Source of the DNA: Rhizaria sp. SCN 62-66
Taxonomy: Eukaryota
Assembly: GCA_001724265.1 (NCBI GenBank)
Contig: MEDY01000002.1
Coordinates: 1-64,000, forward strand
DNA length: 64,000 nucleotides
Reading direction: 5' to 3'
Below are positions 51,401-61,447 of the stretch, piece after piece. The notes under the pieces are model-generated. The model was not told the DNA's origin. It ran no database searches and saw only the letters and a program-made list of their open reading frames with translations. The position numbers were made by a program, and so were the translations under genes. Position 1 is the first letter of the stretch, and the number at the start of each line of letters is the position of its first letter.

Positions 51401-54400
51401 ACACTTTGGCTCGGTGTTACGTCTCTACCCTGATATCAATACTAACCAGTTCCCTGGCTCAATCAATTCCAACAACAACAGCGGTGGTGGTTATGGTAAC
51501 TCAGGCTATGGCTACGGCACGCACACTGGGGGATATAACCCTTACGCTGAAGATGCAAGCAGCCCTTACAACCCCGCTAACATTAACAACACTTCCAACA
51601 GCAGCCTTTCCAAGTCTTTCGTGACCGAGGTCTTTGGCGCACAACAAGCTAAGCCGTTCTCGGATATCTCAACTTCGCTGCTGAGCCACATCCACCGGGC
51701 CAAGTTCACTGGTACGCCCCCCCATGCGTACCCCGCCGACACGCCGGAGCGCGCCGTGCTGCTGCTGTTTAACCAGCTGTGCTACGAGCGCGGTGTGATT
51801 ACGTTCTCAGACATGGTACCGCTGGCGACGAGGCTGTTGCACTGCAGCGAGACCGTGCGCGCTGAGGTACGCGTAGATGTCTTCACAAAACACACTTAAA
51901 TTCACATGACGCTTGAACTGGTTTAGAGATGCAACCGTAGCATTTTACTCATTGACTTAATATTTCTTGATTTCATTGCATCGAATCTCCCGTTTTATTC
52001 TTGGTTTGTTTTCTTTCTCTCGTAGGCTGCTGGTGCGTGGCGACACGTGTTGGTCGATGAGTTTCAGGACGTTTCTGCTGACCAGTGGGGCTTGATTGAA
52101 GCAATCACAAATGCCATCTCGGAGAACGACAACGCGGGCGGCTTTAACAACAATTCCGATGGAAACCAGAGCGCGAACGATCTTAGAGCTTCACCTTGTG
52201 ATAGTGAGGTGTCAAGTGCTGCTGCCAAGGCTGTAGATACGATTCACATTGCCGCCGTAACGACTCTTAATCTCGCGAGCGATATCATGGACAGCAGTGC
52301 CGATGAAAGTAGTGCAAGTGCTCGTGCCTGCTCTAGCGGCGTGTTGGCTGACTTGCTCGAGAACGTTGACGCAATCGACGACTCAAGTCTCTACTGTACT
52401 TGCCCCATTATGAACAGCACGAGTCACGATAAGGACGGCGGCGACACTCAGACTCAGTCAAAAGATGCCATTCAGCAACTGACGGATTTGGCCTCAGTCA
52501 CGCTGTCTTGCGCCCAAGCACTTGTACGCCGACTAACACTTACACCTCGTTTAAGCGCCTCCTTAGCCGCTGCTGATTGTGCTAATGATGGCAGCGGCGA
52601 GCTAGTGCTACCGTTGTCGTGGATGTCCCCGCTGCTGCCGCTGCCGCTGGCGCCGCCGCGGCCCGCCGCCGCCCGTGCGGACCCAGTGGCCGTATGGGAC
52701 GAAGTGTGCAGTCAGGTTGCGACTTCTCTCCAAGAGATCAGCCTCACCAACCCTCTAAGCACGCGCGCTGGCGTCAACGCCGCTATGACTGACATCAACT
52801 CTCGGCCTCTGAAGCAAGAGTCTGGGACCACGGGTGACTGTAGGAGTGACTGCGAGAGCATTCTCGTGACTAAGCAAGAGAGTCACAGCTTCGTTGATGC
52901 CGTTGATGCGACACATCTGCATGCAAATAGTCCCTTAGACGCTAGAAATGAACAGTTTGAAGAGTCTCTGCATCTAAGTGCACGCCTTAACGCTGGCTGT
53001 TTCTGCGCCTGCGAAAACCTACTTACACCGACAATCACCTCAGACTACGAAGTTAAGCCGCCGAATGATGAAGTTAAGCCGGCTCCTGGCTATGCCGTGC
53101 GCGAGTGCGTGTGCTGCCAACCGACCCCTGCTTGCAGCCCACAGTCGCTGTTCCCACTGCCGCCCCACGCCACTGCGGCGCTTAGTGCGTTGTACACCGC
53201 GACGACTGCGTTGCCGAGCTATAACGCGATGCTCACGGCTGCGCTGGCCGCGGCTGGCGTTGGCGACGCGGGCGCTCTTGTCGCATTCCCTCACAGCAGC
53301 ACGCCAGCCGCTAGTGATGCTGAGAAGAAGATGCTAGATACCAACGCGAATGCTAGAATTGCTTCTCACCCGAGTGTGGGTGCGAGGACGAGAACTTTGG
53401 GCGAAAGTGATTGTCGCAGTGCGTTAGTGAAATCGCTCTGTCTGTGTCAACACGTGTCTCTGGGCACTTTGCTGTCACACATCGACATTGCAGAGTGCGA
53501 TAAGTGGCATTCCCACCACAAGTCGCTTTTGCTCCCAAAACAACAACACGGCTCTGCGAGTGTGAGAGCAAGTGTGAATGCGACTGTCGTCGATGAGACC
53601 GAGAAGAGCCAGAGCGATGTGAGCTACTGGCTATCCCAGGATAACAGTCTTCTTCAGCCTTTAACTCATCGCTCTGTCGCGCCTGTTGCCCCTGCTGCTG
53701 GTGCGCCCACAGTCACCCTTGCTCCGGCGCTGTTCGCAGCCTCTGCAGCAAGCTCGGCCCCAGGCACCACTGTGGCCGAGGTCATTGTCGCGCTGGTGAG
53801 CTACTTAGCCGCCGTAAGTGTCGGTGACTTCACCGTGATGATGAACACCGTACTCTACTCATACTCCTCAGCAGCCGCGCTCGTTTGCGCAAACAAGTCC
53901 ACCGGTAGCAGCAGTGATGCAGCCGCCCCTATTGTCACCCTGGCAGCGGCTCTGGCGTTGCTGCCCACGGTCACTTCGCTGCCTCTGCCCGTGCCGGCGC
54001 TCACCATCACCGGCCTCTCACCATCGCCGTCACAACAACAACCCACAGCGGCGAGCAAGGCTCGGAACAGTTCGGGTGACTCTGGCGTTTGGGCAAGTGC
54101 ATCTGAGCAGCATGAGGGAAAGTATGACTCTGATAGCAAAAGCACGAATAACAATTTCACCAAAGCGAGCGCTCATGCTTGTGATATTGTTTCTAGCGAT
54201 TCTGAGCAGGATGATGCGGCTTACTTTAGCGCTCTGCGCTCAGTTTTATCAACACCCCCCTTTGCGACGACCGCATCAGCATCATCGCCAACGAGCTCTA
54301 GTCCCAGCGACAAAGGCTCTCGTGTGACGGACTGCGGCTTCGGCTTCACTCTGCCTTCTGAGGCCGTCACAGCCTACGACGATGAAATCTCTAGTCGCAG

Positions 54401-57400
54401 CAGCCGCGCGAGTAGCTCCCTGCCGCCGTCGCCAATTGCGACTGCTGCGCTGCTGTACACGGAGGTCCTGCTGTGGCTGTCGCAGTTGCCGCTGGAGACG
54501 ACCTTCCTCACTGCGCCCCTCGAGTCGAGTCTCCGTGCTCAAGTACTGACAAAGCTCACTGCTGCGCTCCGTCTAAGTGCCAATCCTGAGCCGGCAGCAA
54601 CGACGCTTAAGGCAAACGGTCAGGAGATCATTACAACAGAGCCTTCGAGTGCTAAGCTTGATCTGAGTACTGTACCTTGGCAACAGCTTTTGCATAACCC
54701 AGACGCTCTTGGTGACGCGCGGCTTAGCTTTCTAACGCCGACGCCGCTCAGTCAGTTAGTTACCAACCCTAACGCAACTCTCAGTTCAGACTTTACGAAC
54801 GATAAGACGCAACAGCACCAGCAGCAGAAGCGTCCCAACCTCCTCCAAGTCACCTCATCTAAGTGCCCCCCGGCCTTGTCCAAGTGCCTCCCGGCTCCGT
54901 CTAAGTACTGCGTCGCCTGGTCCCCGTCCTTGCTGCTGCATCCCACGGTGGGCGTCTCACTGACCTGCGTCGGCGACGACGACCAGTCCATCTACGCCTT
55001 CCGCGGCGGCGACGGCACCGTCTTCCTCTCGCTCTTCACTCGCTTTCCGCCGCACGCCACGCTCACGGTCATCCTCCCGCAGACGTACCGCTGCTCGGGC
55101 GCCATTCTCGCGGCCGCGCGCGCCGTGATCGACGCCAGCGAGGCACCCCGCTGCGCTAAGCCCCTGTGGACGCGGAACCCGCGCGGCGCGCGCGTGGCCG
55201 TGGCCGTGTCGCGCGGGCCGGAGCGCGAGGCGCAGCGCGTGGTGCGGCGCATCGTCGCGCTCTACGAGCAGTCGCAGGCGCAGTGGGACGACTACGAGCT
55301 CGCCGTCAAGCGGTGGGGCAAAGAGCAGCGGCGGAGGTACGCGCGCACGCTTGATCTTAAGCAAACCGCAGCGCCTGCGTCTTCGCACGCTCGCATCAAA
55401 GACGCCGCTGCGAGCGGCAGTGATGACGAGGATGAGACTGACGGTCTGTCAGTGTCGACAAGCGGTGGCCGCAACGAGTGGCGCTGGTGGGAGTCTGGAA
55501 GCAAAGCTAACTCGATCACTAAGACTTACACTGCGATTGCCTACGATACTGGCGCCCACAACAGCTCTTCTATCTCAAGCAGTGGCTTGACTGGCCATCT
55601 GTTGCGGACGCCATTGCCGCTTGGCCATTCGCCCCATAAGCCCCCTCATTTCAGCTCAGACTCTCGCTCTCGAGGATCCAATCTTGTGTTGAGTCCGACT
55701 CGGCTCACGACTGAGACCGAGACCGCAACTGAGCCGGGGACTGAGACCGAGTTGCCGGTGCCGGTGCCGCCCGCGGTGCCCCGCCTCCGATGGTGCGATT
55801 TCGCGGTCTTGGCCCGTACCAACGCCCCTCTGAAGCAGATCTTCAAGGAGCTTAAGCACCGCAGTATCAGCGCCGCGCGCGTTACCCGCCCCAGCACTGC
55901 CGCGAAACACAAGCGCAAGGCTAACGACGACGATGACGACGGCAACGACAGCGAGGATGAGCTGTTTGCCTCGGCCGACGGCGAGGGTGAGGCTGAGCTA
56001 GACTCCGCTGTGATCGCCAGCGACCCTTTCTCCACCGAGCCCTGCCGCGCCCTGCTGGCCTTTCTCGCGCTCACGGCGGACGGCGGCGCCAGCGACACCG
56101 CCGCCGCCGAGACGGCGCTTCAGCGCGGCGGCAGCGGCGTGACGAGGCCCGCCGTGGCCGCAGTCAGGGAAGTGGCCAAGTCAGAGCTCGACTGCAAGCT
56201 GCAGATTTGGCAGAAAAAGGGGCTCGACGAGGGCTGGCTCTCGCGCAGCAACGCGTACCATACTGGTGCGACTGCAGCTGATGCAAGCGGCGGCCTTAGT
56301 TCCAGTGTAAGCGGGATGAGGACGCCCATGCGGGTTGCGCCCAGTACTCCTGCGGGCCGAAGTCAGGCCGCGTATGCCGGAAGTCAAGCCGCATCTGGAT
56401 GGGCTCGGTCTGGCACGAGTGTAAGTACCCCTGCCGTAAGTGGGGCAGCACCTCCGTCGGTCGCCGCTTTGCAACAACACAACCCCTGGGCATCGTCTCA
56501 GTCTCAGTCTCAATTGCAGTCGCAGCAAGCGCCTGTCGTGCCTCGCAATCAGCAGAACCCGTGGTTGCCACAACAAATGCCACAAACCCCGCTTCAACAG
56601 CAGCAGGATCAGTTTAGCGCGAGTGTTGCGGTGACGCCTATGAGTAAGCGCCCGCGTCTGCGTGCGAATGCGCATATCTTCACTCCGGACCTCGCTCCAA
56701 ACACGCCTGCCTCTCGCAATACTGGTATGTACGACACACCTCGTGTGTCTTCGACGTCTGCACCCGCTGGCAGCCGTGACGCTATTGCCAACGCCCCACC
56801 GGTCCCTTCTTTGGCAAGGCCTGAAAAGCCGCTGCTGTCGCTGCTGTCTGCGTGTGCAATGATCAGCAAGAACCCTCAGCACTACCGCCGCGCGACGCGC
56901 AACTCCAACTCCCGTTCACAGTCGCAGGCTCCAGTGTACCCGTCGCCCCAGTTACAGTCGCAGCCTCAGTCTCAGACGCAGGCTGGAAAGTACACCGGTG
57001 CAGCGTTGACCGAGGCCAGTCTCGAGGGAATCCGCGCTTTAGTGACGACTGTGCATGTTCTGCGGCAAGAGTGTCTTGCTTTAGACAAGGCCGCACTGTC
57101 GACGGCCACAGCCGCGGCCACAGCGGCGGCTGAGGCTGCTGAAGCCGCGAAACAAGCTGCGGCGGAGGCCGATGCCGCTGAAGCTGCTGCAGCCGCTGAG
57201 GCCGCAACTGCCGGCTCTGCCTCAGAACGTCATAGTCAAAACAGCGGCAGTTTCGCTAGCAGCAGCGGCAGGAGCAGGACGCCGATGCGGATGGCTGATG
57301 CCTTCAGGCAGCACTTCACACCGACCCGCATTACTGGCCAAAACATGGGATACAACAGCGGTGGCGCAAGTCAGCAGCACCGCTCGCAGCAGAGCCGTCA

Positions 57401-60400
57401 GGTGACACCGCAGTCGCAACGCGGCGATCAGTCCAACAGCAGTAGCCGCGCTGCGTCAAATGAGCGTTTTAGCTCGAGCTCGAGCGCCAGATTTAGTTCG
57501 AGCTGCTTTGGCTCGCAAACGCCTCATGCGAGCGCGAGCTCGGGGACCGACGGCAGTGCGAGCTCTCAGGGCTACGGCACTCCGTCGCGCCCGCAGCACC
57601 ACGGCCACAGTCTCAGCCGTCAGAGCGACCACAGTCCGTTGATGGCGGCCGCGCTTGCCGCAAGGGCCCGTGCGAGCGCGGCGGCTGCGCGCGCCCGCAT
57701 GCTCGCAGCGGAGGCGACACAGTGCTACAACACGAGCACTCGCGATAACGACGCGCTTCACAGTGCTCTTACACACGTCAGCGCAAGCGCTGACAACGCG
57801 CGTGCGAGTGAAGGTGCTGACGGTTCTCCAGTATTACCAAGTGTGCGTGAGCTACCATTGCGCGTCACAGTCGGCGGGAGCCACCTGCCCCCGACTCTGC
57901 GGCTGCTCTCGGTCAATCCCACGGTTCCTGCCTCTGTCGCCGCCGCGGCTACTCTGCCACACTCTCTCGCAGCTGCCGCCACGGCCGCAGCCGCTGCCGC
58001 TGCCGCTGTTTCTGCGACTAGCGAGGTGAATACCGCTTCTGGTACCCGTACCGGTGGTGATGGGTTCCCGTACCCGTACCCGTCAGTCGTCGTGATGCTG
58101 GCTTCTGCCTTTCGCAAACTTCGCCTCGACCGCGTGCTCGCCGAGAGCGCGCTCGCCGCTGCCCGCCGCAAACACAACCTCCGCACCTCACGCCGCAATG
58201 GCAGTTCCACCGCTCGCAGCACGGCGGGCGCACGCATGGGGGCCGCGAGTGCCGCAGGTACTCATGGTGGCGGTTTGCACCGCACTGTCGTTATTAGCGG
58301 AGCCTCTCGGTTCACTCTCGGCAGCTCAACGGCGAACCCCCGTCTAAGTACCCCTTTAGGCGGCAGCGGCCCGGCGGCCGAGGACATGAGTGAGGAGGCG
58401 CTGTGCTTGCCGACACTGCATCCCGGTGAGTCGGTCGCCGCCCGCTGGCGCCGCCTCAAGTCGAGCACTGGCCCTGTATACTACCACCCGAAGTACAGCT
58501 TTACGCACGACTACCGCAGCAGCGCTCAAAACAGCGTTAGCAATGCGATCGCTAACGGCGGGACAAAGCACGCAGCTTCCGCTCAAGCGTCAGCTGCGCA
58601 GAGCGAGAGCATGTCTCTGCTCCAGCGCTGGTGCTCTCCCTTAGACCCGCAGGCCGACTTGCCGCGCCAACTGCTGCCACTGTACACCTCGCAGATGCGC
58701 CGCGTCGAGCTGCTGTTCCGCTTTGCCGCCGCGTTTGACGAGCTCGTCGTCGCCCGCGAACGCCAAGCAACCGCTAACAGCGACAACAACAACAACAACT
58801 GCAGCGGCAGCTCCAGTTGCAGTGCACCATCTGCGTCGCTGTACCCCAAGGCGCGCAGCGTGTTGCGCGAGTTCACCGAGGCCGTGCGCGACAGTGAGAG
58901 CCGCGGGTTGTACTTCGCCGACGTCTTGGCTGCGCTCACGCACCCGGAGACCGCTCCCGCCACACTCATCGGATACGGCAGCGGGGCTCATAGCAGCGGC
59001 GCCACGGGTACCCTCATGGGCGCCACCACGCCGGGTCTGTTCCCGTCCGGCGGCGGCGCTGCGGCAAGCGGCGGCGCAGCTGGCCACGGCCACGGTCACG
59101 GCCAGGGTGACAGTGGTGGTGTGGTGCTGTCGACTGTACACCGGGCCAAGGGCCTCGAGTGGCCGGTGGTTATCGTGCTGCGGTTTAATGAAGGACACAT
59201 GCCCATGGGTTCCTCGTTCTACCACCAGCAAGCGAGCAGCAATACCAACAATAATACCAGCGCTGCCAGTAACGGGCAGAATGGAAGTAAGGCACTGGTC
59301 GTTGCTGGCAATGAGGGTCTGGTGACTCGTATGCGTTTAAGTCAAGCCGTACTCAGTTGGCTTGGGGCACTTACATTGCATGTGCCACGCAACTACGCAC
59401 TCAAACTACCAAGCCTTCCTTTTCTGCTCACGAACAGTGGCATCAGCAGTAACAATACCAACCCTTTCACTGTTGTGCGCAATATGAACAAGTCTCAACA
59501 AAGCCCGACCACCGATACTGCTTACACATACCCACTAATGCCAGCGTGGATCGCTGCGCTGAGCGGCCTCCCCACTCGTGCTGCAGCGAGTGATCCAAGC
59601 AACAGCCTGCGCACCGCTAACAGTGCAGCCCCTCGTGCCGTTAGCCCTCCAGCTACGAGTGCCGTCCCAGCAGCTGCGAGGGCGAGTGCGAGTGAGGCTG
59701 TGGGCAACCCGGAAGTGAAGCCGCCCGCGCAGCTGTCGCTGCACCCGGCCGTGCTGCGGCGCGCCGAGGAGCGCCGCCTGGCCTACGTGGCGCTGACGCG
59801 AGCGCGGCACCGTCTGCTGTTGTCGGTGCTGCGGGAAGATGAGGACGGACGACAGATGGCTGTGAGCGAGTTCTTGGGGGATATTCCAGAGAGGCTGCTC
59901 GAGTTCAGCGCGAAGGAGCGGCGGACGACAGGCAGCAACAGCAACAACGTCAAAGCGCGCGCTAAACAGGGAGCCGCCAACGCTAACGATGATGATGATA
60001 ATGATGGTGATGGTGGTGATGATCCGGACAGTGCCAGTGGCAGCGACGACAGCGACGATGACGACGACGATGATGACGACGACTGCGGCGGCGACGGCAA
60101 TGATGATCAGAATGGTGCAAACAACGGCAGCGACACAGACGACAGCTACGACGATGACGATTACAGCTCTGTCAACGCTGCCCATGCCCACGGTCACGGT
60201 CACGGTCCTGGTCATAGTGCTGAGAAGGCTCCCCGTGGCTTCGTCAGCGGCGGCCTCAGCGCTCAGGCTGGGGCCGCGATGTTCGCCAACACAGTCATCT
60301 ACCAGAAGAAACGTCATCTCAACAACACCGCCACTACTACGAGCGCCGCGACTAGCAACACTAGTGTTAACGCTAGCGTAGGTGGAAGCGCTGTATGTGT

Positions 60401-60683
60401 AAGTGCTGTTGGTGTAAGTGCTGTTGGTGTTAGTGCGAGTGCGAGTGGTGCTGTAAGTGGCGGTCCCAAGGGTAAGTGGGCTGGGGCAGGAGCTACCGTG
60501 CCTGTGCCTGTTCTCACATCGTCAGTCTATAACAAGAGCGATAATAATATTAGTGTCAGGAGCAGCAACGCAGGCACTCAGCCGAGTCGCAGCGCAAGCG
60601 CAGCTGCCAGGGCCACATCAAGCCGCGCCAAGCGGCGTGTTATCGACGATGACGAAGACGACGAAGATGATTACGCAGACTAA
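47856..60683 (+). CDS. UvrD/PcrA/Srs2-like SF1A 3'-5' DNA helicase (~4,220 aa). Exons 47856-51866 and 52026-60683, with an in-frame TAG at 49773.
   Basis: All SF1A motifs in order: Q (LNPAQYMAA), I (ASAGAGKTKTL), Ia (LAITFTSKAAAEL), Ib (VGTIHHVALRIL), FSDMV, II (HVLVDEFQD), III (VGDDDQSIYAFRGG), IV (LPQTYRCSGAIL), IVa (FAVLARTN), V (STVHRAKGLEW), VI (EERRLAYVALTRAR). Ends in TAA. Confidence 0.9.
51867..52025 (+). other. Spliceosomal intron (159 nt, phase 0) in the helicase gene
   Basis: GAG|GTACGC donor, T-rich tract, CGTAG| acceptor, contains an in-frame TAA. Gives VRAE|AAGAWRHVLVDEFQD. Confidence 0.92.
60399..60437 (+). repeat. 15-nt tandem repeat GTAAGTGCTGTTGGT (~2.5 copies) encoding VSAVG
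   Basis: Read directly. Each unit carries the STAAGTRC motif. Confidence 0.7.
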
Positions 60684-61447
60684 TGCGCGTATATTACGTT
60701 TCCTATCTAGCAACGTAGCTTTCATAGTAACATTTGACGCAGACATATGAGCTGAACTCAATGAACCTGACTAGTAACAGGATATTTGTTCTTGACTTCA
60801 AGCAGTGTATGCATATTTATTGATCTGACTCTAAAGATTAATACTACATTTTCTAACCGTAAGTCATAGCGTCCTACAAGATATCTCAATAATTCTTGGT
60901 AAATACACGATATACCTCCTTTTTATCTCTGTTTCATAATATTTTTGTCACGAGTTACACTGTAGCTCGACGCTCACAGTCACCAAGGCCTTGCCAGCGG
61001 CTGGTGGCTGACAACAGGGGGGGCAGTCACCAAAGATACGAGCCCCTCTAGAAGACTGCATCGCCAACGCACATCTGACATGCTATAGCGTTGGCAAAGC
61101 ACAATACCACGACTCTATTCTTAATCTGTAATTATTTGCCGAGAAAAGAGGATCTATGTCTTGTGAGACGCCATCGCTCTCCACTGTCTCGTCGCCAGTT
61201 CTCTGTTCCCCCTATACCGCCTCAATTGTCGTCGTTCTTAACGTTAACTCTAGGGATACCAATTTAACAGACAGGTTTAATGATATCGCTAACATGTCTT
61301 ACTTTTCCGATCAATTTTCTCCGATAACTTTTCATATAGAGGTCCTAGACCAACAAACAGCTCCTTCCCTTCGGCCCCAACCCGACTGATTCACTCACCC
61401 ACACTAGCGCCCTGGCAGCGCGCCGCCGCCCCCGCCTCACCCCCAGC

